Assembly (NCBI GenBank): GCA_038087875.1
Contig: CM075985.1
Span: 12,462,001 to 12,526,000 of the forward strand
Length of the DNA: 64,000 nt
Direction: 5' to 3'
Source: Malacoraja senta
Lineage: Eukaryota
The notes beneath the pieces are model-generated. The model had not been told where the DNA came from and made no database searches. It was given only the letters and a program-made list of their open reading frames with translations. The position numbers and the translations under genes were made by a program. Below are positions 53,761 to 64,000 of the stretch, piece after piece; the first letter of the stretch is position 1; every line of letters begins with the position of its first letter.

Positions 53761-55353
53761 CAGTAGCTTGCAAAAGTTTTCATCCCCTTGAACTTTTCCA
53801 CATTTTGTCACGTTACAACCACAAACGTAAATGTATTTTATTGGGATTTTATGTGATAGACCAACACAAAGTGGTGCATAATTGTGAAGTGGAAGGAAAA
53901 TGATACATGGTTTTCAAATTTGTTTACAAATAAAAAACTGAAAAGTGTCGCGTGCAAAAGTATTCAGCCCCCCTGAGTCAATACTTTGTAGAACCACCTT
54001 TCGCTGCAATTACAGCTGCAAGTCTTTTGGGGTATGTCTCTACCAGCTTTGCACATCTAGAGACTGAAACTTTTGCCCATTCTTCTTTGCAAAATAGCTC
54101 AAGCTCAGTCAGATTGGATGGAGAGCGTCTGAGAACAGCAATTTTCAAGTCTTGCCAGAGATTCTCAATTGGATTTAGGTCTGGACTTTGACTGGGCCAT
54201 TCTAACACTTGAATATGCTTTGATCTAAACCATTCTATTGTAGCTCTGGCTGTATGTTTAGGGTCATTGTCCTGCTGGAAGGTGAACCTCCGCCCCAGTC
54301 TTTTGCAGACTCTAACAGGTTTTCTTCCAAGATTGCCCTGTATTTGGCTCCATCCATCTTCCCATCAACTCTGACCAGCTTCCCTGTCCCTGCTGAAGAA
54401 AAGCATCCCCACAGCATGATGCTTCCACCACAATGTTTCACAGTGGGGATGGTGTGTTCAGGGTGATGTGCAGTGTTAGGTTTCCACCGCACATAGCATT
54501 TTGCATTTAGGCCAAAAACTTCAATTTTGGTCTCATCTGACCAGAACACCTTCCTCCACATGTTTGCTGTCTCCCCCACATGGCTTGTGGCAAACTGCAA
54601 ACGGGACTTCTTATGGCTTTTTTTCAACAATGGCTTTCTTTTTGCCACTCTTCCATAAAGGCCCGATTTGTGGAGTGCACGACTAATAGTTGTCCTGTGG
54701 ACAGATTCTCCCACCTGAGCTGTGGATCTCTGCAGCTCCTCCAGAGTTACCATGGGCCTCTTGGCTGCTTCTCTGATCAATGCTCTCCTTGCCCGGCCTG
54801 TCAGTTTAGGTGGACAGCCATGTCTTGGTAGGTTTGCAGTTGTGCCATACTCTTTCCATTTTCGGTGCTCCGTGAGATGTTCAAAGCTTGGGATATTTTT
54901 TTATAACCTAACCCTGCTTTAAACTTCTCCACAACTTTATCCCTGACCTGTCTGGTGTGTTCCTTGGGCTTCATGATGCTGTTTGTTCACTAATGTTCTC
55001 TAACAAACCTCTGAGGCCTTCACAGAACAGCTGTATTTATACTGAGATTAGATTACACACAAGTGGACTCTATTTACTAATTAGGTGACTTCTGAAGGCA
55101 ATTGGTTGCACTGGATTTTATTTAGGGGTATCAGAGTAAAGGGGGCTGAATACTTTTGCACGCGACACTTTTCAGTTTTTTATTTGTAAACAAATTTGAA
55201 AACCATGTATCATTTTCCTTCCACTTCACAATTATGCGCCACTTTGTGTTGGTCTATCACATAAAATCCCAATAAAATACATTTACGTTTGTGGTTGTAA
55301 CGTGACAAAATGTGGAAAAGTACAAGGGGTATGAATACTTTTGCAAGCCACTG
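53761..55353 (-). mobile_element. Tc1 (Passport-like, DD34E) transposon, near full length, frameshifted transposase (54974-53978)
   Basis: TA duplications at 53759-60 and 55354-55; ~210-bp near-identical TIRs starting CAGT; MKPKEHTRQVRDKVVEK...WSDETK...QQDNDPKH...WPSQSPDLNPIENLW...KGGSTKY. Confidence 0.95.
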
Positions 55354-56115
55354 TATTTGTCACATGCACATACAAGATGTGCAGTGAAATGAAAGTGCCA
55401 GTGCCTGCGGATTGTGCAAAAACAACAGAACAGAATAGAACAGAACCAGTATTTACATTTTAGGAAAAAAAAATTAAAAAGACACAACACAACAGTAAAT
55501 TAGTCCCCGGTGAGATAAGAGTTTACCGTCCTGATGGACTGTGGGAAGAAACTCCATCTCATCCTCTCTGTTTTCACAGCGTGACAGCGGAGGCGTTTGC
55601 CTGACCGTAGCAGCTGGAACAGTCCATTGCTGGGGTGGAAGGGGTCCCTCATTATGTTGCTGGCTCTGGATCTGCACCTCCTGGTGTGTAGATCCTGCAG
55701 GGGGGTGAGTGTAGTTCCCATAGTGCGTTCGGCCGAACGCACTACTCTCTGCAGAGCCTTCTTGTCCTGGGCAGAACTGTTCCCAAACCAGATTGAGATG
55801 TTGCCGGACAAGATGCTTTCTACAGCCCCAGAGTAGAAGCACTGAAGGATTCTCAGAGAGACTCTGAATTTCCTCAGCTGCCTGAGGTGGTAAAGGCGCT
55901 GCCTTGCCTTACTCACCAGTGTGGCAGTGTGTGTTGTCCATGTCAGATCCTCTGCGATGTGGACTCCCAGGTATTTAAAGCTGCTCACCCTATCCACAGT
56001 AGTCCCATTTATCTCCTGTGGCATGTACATCCTCGGATGTTGAGCCCTTCTAAAGTCCACAATCAGCTCCTTAGTTTTTGTGACATTCAAGAGGAGGCTG
56101 TTGTCCTGACACCAG
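55354..56115 (-). mobile_element. Rex1/Babar-type LINE, 5'-truncated; its (TTGAC)n tail lies on the far side of the Tc1 at ~53738-53760
   Basis: ORF LNVTKTKELIVDFRR...SFKYLGVHIAEDLTW...QRLYHLRQLRKF, typical of the RT C-terminus. Confidence 0.85.
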
Positions 56116-57358
56116 ATGTGGATATTACAGGGAATGATCCATTGAACATGGAAGATGGAAGGGAGGAAGAAAGGAAACTTTTCTGGGAGGAGAGAGGGAG
56201 GAGAGAGGGTGAGAGCAGAAGTATGGGTAAGGGAACAGTAGGTGAAGGGAAATTGTGTTTTATGGAGAAAGGAGGCTTGGAAAGCATCATCATCAGAACA
56301 GATACAACTGAGCTGTAGAAACTGGGAAAATGGAATGTACTCTATACAGGAAATAGGTTTAGAGGAGGTATAGTCATAGATAGTTGTGTGAGACCGTAGG
56401 CGTGTAAAGAATACTGGTCAACAATCTATCCCCTGAATTGGGAAATTGAGAAAGGTAAGGGAAATCAAAGATGGATCATGTGAAAGCGAGACCAGGGTGG
56501 AAACTATCAGCAAAATGAAGGTGATAGAATTCATTCAGGTGGGGTATAAGTGATAAAGTTGAGGCTTTAGCTAAAGACTGATCATTTAAGATCAGAGGAG
56601 AAAATGTCAGAAGGGATAGTGAAAACATGATAATGAACAAGATGAGGGAGAGAGTTGAGAAAGTGGTGGAAGATCCAGAGGCAGAATGGAATTCTATAAT
56701 TGTTAACCATTTGCAATCTCTGATGCCTTTGATAAAGAAAGGAAAGAAGTCTTCTGAATTATGCCACAGCTACTGGATAATAGCACAACAGGGGTATGGT
56801 AAAATGCAGAAAAATTATATTATTATGATGTTAATTACATACACATATCATTAATGGAAGTTAACTATAGACTTAACACAGACGTTCTATGAGAAGTGAT
56901 ATATCCCAGAGAAAGATATACTAATCCACTAGTGTAGGGGTCCAACCTAGTGAGGTAGGGTTGTTCGTATTGTCATGAAACAAATGAAAATATGAACATA
57001 AATGTTAAAAATAGATCTGTTAAATCAGACTGTGTTCCTTTCACGAATCTGCACTATTACACCATAATTAAAACAAATTATTTAACACCAAAATGTTAAA
57101 TTATCATCTCTAATTTAAAATCTGCTTATTTATAATTTCTGGCTTAATAACTATTATAATCCTGTCAATCACACAACCCACCTTTGTGTGCTCAAGACTA
57201 GGTATCTCATCAAAACTCCCAAAAGCCAGAACAATAAATGCATTATCAGAGGCTGTTCTCTTCCTGACTTCCATGTTGGCTCAACCACGACAAAAAACAG
57301 ACATTCCACTGAAACAGAGCCATGTTTTGAACTTCTCTAATTTGATATTATTTCCTTA

Positions 57359-57892
57359 AGGGGCTGTCCCACTGCGGCGACCTAATTGGCGAGTTTAGAA
57401 GAGTTTGCCCTTGACTCATACTCGCAGCATGGTCGATACGAGGTCCTAGGAGGTCTTTGTAACTCTCCTTCATGCTCGAGAGTAGCCCCCGCGTACTCGA
57501 GGCCTCAGCTAGGTTGTGGCGTATTTTTCAACATGTTGAAAAATGCCCGTGAGTAAAAAAAAGGTCGCCGTGGAATAAAATCGATATTTTTTTTACTTGC
57601 AGGTTTAGTCGAAGTAGGTCGGCATGTTATTCGTAGGTAATCGTGGGTAGTCGAAGGTAGTCATAGATAGTCTTCAACATAATCGAAGGGAGGTCGAAGG
57701 AGATCGAAGGAGGTCGTCTTCACTCTCCACTATTCGGTGTACAATTTTCCCGAAGCTAGTCTTCAACATAGTCCAAGGAGGTCGAAGGAGGTCTTCTACA
57801 TAGTCGATGGAGGTCTTCAACATGACTCTTTTTCAAACACTCCTAAACTCTTCTAAACTCGCCAATTAGGTCGCCGCAGAGGGACAGCCCCT
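57359..57892. mobile_element. PIF/Harbinger-type non-autonomous element (MITE), 534 bp
   Basis: ~50-bp TIRs AGGGGCTGTCCC(A/T)CTGCGGCGACCTAATTGGCGAGTTTAGAAGAGTTT; TTA duplication on both sides; CpG-rich interior. Confidence 0.85.
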
Positions 57893-58956
57893 TTATCCTC
57901 AACAATAAGTACTTCACGCCCTTCCTTACCCCACCTCTGTGCAATGCAGTCCCCTCGTACTGGCTCCTTGTGCATGAGATCTCAATCTCTCTCAATTTTA
58001 TTCCTGTACTCTAGAATTCCCCCAGTTCTCCAAAATTCTTTATAAAGTTTTCCACTTAAACATTTTCCACTCCTGCATTTTCTCCCTCCAATAACCTAAT
58101 CTGTATTTTCTCCTCAAGTTAGTGCCACAGACATGGTCTCAAAATCTCGTCAAAATGCTCAAGGTTCCACAGGTGGATTTAGGATGTTACATCAGCCCTG
58201 CTGCAAAATGAAGGTCTGACTGGGCAGAAAACGTTATTCTTTCCACAAATCCTCACACTCTCACACAAGTCTTTACACAGTGCTAAGTATTTCTAGCATC
58301 TCCTGTTTAAATCTCTAGATATCCATCAGTTTCAATACTTTGATATCAGAGACTGTTATTGTCAATTGTTAAGTTAATAAGACTTAGTTCTTTTACATTT
58401 GCTGTCAGAACTATCTGTCTCAATCTCTTCTACATTTCTATATCTATACAGAGAATCTATCTGGCATAGTTGAGGGTCAATGCAGAGCACCAACTTGTCC
58501 ACAATGCTGGGTCAAATTTTGATCCAACTCCAACACGTGATAATGTGCTGCAAGCACTGGTGGGAAATCACTCCAAACTAGCCAGAAATGGAAGACCTCT
58601 CAATACAAGACTTGTTAATGTGCAGGACAATTCCTTAAATAAATGATGATTCATTCACAGTTTCATTCAATCCAATAATGATTTGCAAGGCACTGTTCTC
58701 CTCCAGTTGGTGTCACTAGTTTATTAAGGGAAAAACAAAATGTATTGATTGTCCTGTAGTGTATTGGATGGTACGTGCTGCCTTTGCTGCCATCCTGATG
58801 AGGATCAGGTCTCTTCCTTCAACTGCAGATGAATGAGATGTGGCCATTTCACTAGGGGTTGACTGAGGGTGGCAAGGATGAGCAGATTAACTATAGTTGG
58901 CGTTGTCTTTCTGTTTTAAAACTTTCTATTCCCCCACCTACCTCTCACCAACTTAC

Positions 58957-59091
58957 CTGACAAGGCACCCCTTTCAGTTTGTGGACTTCCTCCTTGAATT
59001 GCCTGAGCTGTAACTCCAGCTGGCTGCGCTCCTCTTGGCTGTTCCTGTATCTTTCCTCTAGCGCTCTCAGATCAGTGATTAATCCTTCGCA
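58957..59091 (-). CDS. CCDC136: CCDC136-like coiled-coil exon
   Basis: 135 nt, phase 0-0, CEGLITDLRALEERYRNSQEERSQLELQLRQFKEEVHKLKGVPCQ; CAG acceptor, CAG|GTAAGT donor. Confidence 0.75.
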
Positions 59092-60707
59092 CTGGGCACA
59101 CAACAGAAAGAATCGCTTGTTAGCAAAGCACGACTTGTTGACACAGTATCAGACGTGTGTGTGTGTGAGGCACTGGATTCTGCATAAGATAATAGAGAAA
59201 CCCATCCTTGTACAAATGCACTGAACAGGTGAGACTATGAATGGCCTGTCTGGAGTTGAAGCTCTCCACCTAACCTCTGGGGCTTTGAGTCTTTGGACTA
59301 AGTTTATACCTCCAGTACAATGGAAATGTGCAGTGCTAGTGCAGCTCTGGAAAGGATACAACAGCTTTTCAAATGTGATGAGAAGGAAAAAGAAAAGAAC
59401 CAGTACAGTAATGATGCATTGATATAATTGAACCTCATCACACAGACAATTTACACACCCCACATACCTTGCACTCAAACCGATTTGACCAAAGGTCCCA
59501 TTTTGAAAGACCCATTGCCCTCACCAGCTCTGCACAATGACCTAACTCTTATACACAGACCTAACTTCTCATCTCTATGCAAATACAATACACAGACTCA
59601 TTCCACACACACAGGTGCTTGACATATGTAGACCCACTCCTCTCACAGGGATTGTATAAAGCAGCCAACAGCAAGAGGCAGTCAGACAGCCTTTAACAAA
59701 GAAACGTTCCCATTCTGCTTCATTCTGGAGCAAGATAAAATGAGCAGTGAGCTAACAAAGAAAGGAAAGATTTCTAGGAATCATAAACTTTACAAATGAA
59801 AACATTACAGAAGGGACGCAGGTGGAAAGACAAAGTACAGAGTCTGACGATCAAAGATGGAAAAAGGTAGGCAACAAGATGGATATACAAAGAATTGAAT
59901 CCATGGAGAGATTTAAACAGGGTGAGAATGTTTAGGTTGAGACAGTAGTATGACTATGTAGCCTTGCTGTGGGTTAACATTTTTGGAGCCAAGTTTTAAA
60001 TGAGATGAAATGCAGTCAAAGCAAAAATAAGGAAGAGCTCTAGAATAGGTAGATAAGGAGGTGACAAAGCCATTAAAGAGCATTCCTGTAGCAGATGTCC
60101 TGAGGCATATTATTGGTGATAATAACAGTGGTCGATATAGAGCATACGTCCCAATGTTTAGTTGGAAGAAACTACAATTCTTGGGGTACGGTGGAAGGAG
60201 GTGGAGGATTGCAATTAAAAGAGATCCAAAGAAGTGACTGGAGACAGCTTTACTGGCGACCATGAGTGAAATAGTAGAAATGCAAAGGGTTTTGATGACA
60301 GGGGGCATGGGAATTGAATGAATGAAAATGAATTGTTCAAAACAAGTGAAGACTGGATGATAACTTGGTGAAGTCTTCAGTTGGGACTGGTAGATGGATG
60401 AGAGCAAACAAAGATTTTAAAGGAAGAATGGAAGAAGATGCAAAGCCAAAAAGAGGAAGTGACAGAATTAAGGGGAAAAAACAAAGTGTGTATGAGTGTG
60501 CAAAGAGCTTATAAGGGCCATACATCTTCACAGGACTAGTAACAGAAAGTCTAGTATGTGTGAAGGCTTCCATAAGGGTGTATCAGTCAGAAAGAATTAT
60601 CTAATTCTACTGCTCTCCACTTATTTAAAAGAAAAAAAGAGTTTCTCAAAGCCCACTATTTTGCTCTGTACTGAAAGATGGAGATAACTTTGCACACTCA
60701 TACACAC

Positions 60708-61158
60708 TTTGTTGTTTCTCATTACCTCATGCTGCACTATCAGTGCTTTCTCTTCTGCCTGTAGCAGTCGATGTTTTAAATCTAATTCTTCAAACTGTCC
60801 TTTCTCTTCTGCCCTCTGGAGAGCTCTAGGATCTAGCTTAGGGCTTTTTATCTTCTGGGCAGATGTTGTACCATCACCCTTGCTTCCATCCTCATGTCCT
60901 CTAACCTGCCGCCCATCTTCAAGCTGCTCTCTTGCAGAAGCTCGGCCGCTTGCAGCTACTTTATCAGCCGACTTCTCCTGGCATTGTCTCAGCTCCTCCT
61001 TCTGAGGGAGCTTCCGTTCCTCCTGGCAGTTTAGTCCTGTCTCTTTGAAGCCATTTGGTTTTCTGGATGGATTCTCAGACAATATCTCAGCCTCTGCACC
61101 CTGCTGCTGACAATGGCTTTCAGATCCTGGAGTGTCCACTTTAAATCCGTCAACTGAT
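60708..61158 (-). CDS. CCDC136: CCDC136-like E/K/Q-rich exon
   Basis: 451-nt open frame with a polypyrimidine TTTTAG acceptor; ends in coiled-coil-like FEELDLKHRLLQAEEKALIVQHEVMRNNK; weaker donor AAA|GTGTGT. May be alternatively spliced. Confidence 0.6.
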
Positions 61159-61294
61159 CTAAAAGGAAAACAGGAAATATATGCTTCTCTTTGACTCTTT
61201 AAAATCAAACAAGTCCTTTAAAAATAATCAATTTCCCAAATTGACTATGAATCTTTGAAGTCTTCAACACAATGGCTAATTAGGCATGAATGCT

Positions 61295-61930
61295 CCCATG
61301 GCACTGCCCCATCAAAGGCTCACAGCCAGGGTACAGTACAAGTTGGATACAGAGTAAAGCTCCTCTACACTGTCCCATCAAACATCCACCCATCAGGTAT
61401 GACATGGATTAGAAACATAGCCAAGTTAATACTCCAGGACGGATAGAACATAAACTAGATAGAGAATAAAGTTGAGGTACAATGAACTGCAGATGCTGGA
61501 ATCTTGAGAAAAACAAAGTGCTGGAGTAACTCAATGGGTCAGGCAACGAATAGGCAACGTTTCAGGTCTGGACCCCTCTTCAGACGCCACCTGATCCACT
61601 GAGTAATTCCATTATTCTGTATTTTGCTGGAGAATAATGTTCCCTCCACACTGTTCCATCAAACACTCCAAGGGGAGGTGCAGCACAGAATAAATGCAGA
61701 CTAAAATTCCCTCTATACTCTGTCATCAAACACAGTAAACCCCAATAAATTAAGAGTAAAAAAATCCCACTATACCATCCCATCAAATACTGAGTGAAGA
61801 TACAGCACATTTGGATACAGTGTAAAACTCCCCCTACACTGTCCCATCTAACACTCCCAATAGAGATAGAACACACATGGGTCAGAGTGAAAGTTCCTTT
61901 ATACAACCCAGTAAACATTTCCAAAGTTAG
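61295..61930. repeat. Degenerate ~65-bp tandem repeat
   Basis: Repeated GAGTAAAGCTCC..TACACTGTCCCATCAAACACTCCCA units. Confidence 0.7.
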
Positions 61931-63057
61931 AAACGGGGTAAATCATCCTGTAAACAGTGAGTTTATAGGATGCTTTACACGGTTTCTAATTCAGCGAGTG
62001 TATCAGTGACTGAGTATGTGAGCATAAGACTATGTATAAGTAAGTGCAAGTTAGTGGCTGTAAAATTCAGCTCCATGTTTCCTGTTGTTGCAGTTGCAAA
62101 TTGATTCTAGCATGGTGAACAAAATGTGCAAGCATATTTGTTGCATACGCTGCACCAAGAGACATGTTGGTAAGGACATTAGTGCTGGTGACGATAATGC
62201 CCACTGGCAGTATACAGTGTCGGCAGATGACAATATCACTCAGTATGCAACACTGATTTGACACCAGCTCTGCTAAATCAGAGTTCAATGCTTCAGTTCT
62301 CTTATTCTAGGATAGCTGAACATGCACTCAGCAGCAGAAAGCAACCTCCACCCGCATTAATAGTAGGAATCATCAACAATGTGTTTGGCACGGTCGAGTT
62401 GGGCCAAACGGCCAGTTTCCACATGTGGATAAATGACTCTAAAACTTGCAGGTTAATAATCTATTGGTTTCTAGTGGTCATTATAATTCAAAAGATTTCA
62501 TAAAGTCTACAAGGAGCGGTTTGCAAGTGGCTGAATAACATTCACCTGATGTCAAGGCTTCTGGGCAAATCTGTTGATCCCAGTTACGGGTGCATGGATA
62601 TTCTCCTTGGGGGATAACCAAGAGAATAAGCAGAGGGTACTCAGAGCAGAACAGAAGTGGGACAACAGAAGAGGAATAGGGGCATTGGCGTTCGGCAAGA
62701 GACTACATTCACCCAGAGTTTTCAGGGAATAATTCTCCCACCTGAATTATTGAGAGGAACCATGCATGAGAAGGAGGCATGGTAAGGATGTCCTTATTGA
62801 AATGTGTCTTGTTCCAATTGTAACCTCAGAGCCTAGTGAGGATTGCTTTTCCACCGGCTGTCAAGGTGATTGTGGTCATGAACTTTTATGCTTTGGGCTG
62901 CCTCCAGGCTGGAGATATTTAAAATGTCTTGAAATGTGATCCATACTTTTCCAAGTGGACTGAGTATCTCTTTTTCTCTCTCAACAGAAAGTTACAACCG
63001 GAATGGAGTTATGAAGATTATAGATTTTCCCATGCTATAGGATGCATCTCATGTGGG

Positions 63058-64000
63058 ACCTTTGATAAGGTCCCACATAGGAGATTAGTTGGCAAAATTA
63101 GAGCACATGATATTGGGGGTAGGGTACTGACATGGATAGAAAATTGGTTGGCAGACAGGAAACAAAGAGTAGGGATTAACGGGTCCCTTTCAGTATGGCA
63201 GGCAGTGACTAGTGGGGTACCACAAGGCTCGGTGCTGGGTCCGCAGCTATTTACAATAAACATTAATGATTTAGATGAAGGGATTAAAAGTAACATTAGC
63301 AAATTTGCAGATGACACAAAGCTGGGTGGCAGGGTGAACTGTGAGGAGGATGCTATGAGGATGCAGGGTGACTTGGACAGGTTGGGAGAGTGGGCAGATG
63401 CATGGCAGATGCAGTTTAATGTGGATAAATATGAGGTTATCCACTTTGGTGGCAAAAACAGGAAGGCAGATTATTGTCTGAATGGTGTCAATTTGGGAAA
63501 ATGGGAAGTACAACGAGATCTGGGGGTCCTTGTTCATCAGTCACTGAAAGTAAGCATGCAGGTGCAGCAGGCAGTGAAGAAAGCTAATGGCATGTTGGCC
63601 TTCATAACAAGGGGAGTTGAGTATTGGAGTAAAGAGGTCCTTCTGCAGTTGTACAGGGCCTTGGTGAGACCACACATGGAGTATTGTGTGCAGTTTGGGT
63701 CTCCAAATTTGAGGAAGGTCATTCTTGCTATTGAGGGAGTGCAGCGTAGGTTCACGAGGTTAATTCCCGGGATGGCGGGACTGTCATATGTTGATTATTA
63801 AGGTATTGGACATGCTAGAGGCAGGAAACATGTTCCCAATGTTAGGGCAGTCCAGAACCAGGGGCCACAGTTTAAAGATATGGGATAGGCCATTTAGGAC
63901 GGAGATGAAGAAAAACGTTTTCACCCAGAGAGTTGTGAATCTGTAGAATTCTCTGTCTCAGAAGGCAGTGGAGGCCAATTCTCTGGATGCTTTCAAGAGA
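63058..64000 (+). mobile_element. CR1-clade LINE fragment, same family as 22790-25170
   Basis: FDKVPHRRL...GVPQGSVLGP...FADDTKL...RPHMEYCVQF in one frame; internal deletion near 63797. Confidence 0.92.

Larger units (their letters stand above)
52820..58330 (-). mobile_element. Ancient degenerate Penelope-like element hosting later insertions
   Basis: Decayed RT motif near 56370-56420 (minus strand, SILYTPTVSHNYL, similar to YYKPTDSHSYL). Decayed terminal-repeat copies at ~52820-52910 and ~58200-58310 in opposite orientations. Boundaries approximate. Confidence 0.45.

Noticed and set aside
58887-58910. Alternative terminal exon KDNANYS* after the coiled-coil exon
   Set aside because: It would need a 46-nt intron, which is too short for vertebrates.
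62929-63801. 290-aa ORF as a host gene or domesticated RT
   Set aside because: 5'-truncated CR1 copy with a chance upstream extension and an internal deletion.

Overview
Vertebrate genomic DNA. The repeat content (HE1-like V-SINEs, CR1/HER1-like LINEs, Penelope-derived terminal repeats) suggests a cartilaginous fish, probably a skate or ray; this is inference. Two spliced genes lie in tandem on the minus strand. (1) The 5' part of filamin-C (FLNC): coding exons 1-22 from 34296 down to 1211, encoding the actin-binding CH domains and roughly the first 11 Ig repeats, and continuing off the left edge. (2) The 3' end of a CCDC136-like coiled-coil, tail-anchored gene (exons 61158-60708, 59091-58957, 49788-49684), matching the human CCDC136-FLNC order. 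Main points of interest: an extra in-frame 126-nt proline-rich FLNC cassette exon flanked by PTB/RBFOX/QKI/MBNL-type motifs; four small deletions in the FLNC reading frame or splice sites that look like consensus errors; a dispersed family of Penelope-type repeats carrying minimal hammerhead-ribozyme cores, including a 96-bp-arm hairpin copy just upstream of the FLNC promoter; a Passport-like Tc1 nested in a Rex1-type LINE, itself nested in an old Penelope-like element; a Harbinger MITE; a Helitron-like end; and a ~3.7-kb degenerate 18-bp minisatellite. Homology statements come from recalled sequences, not from searches.
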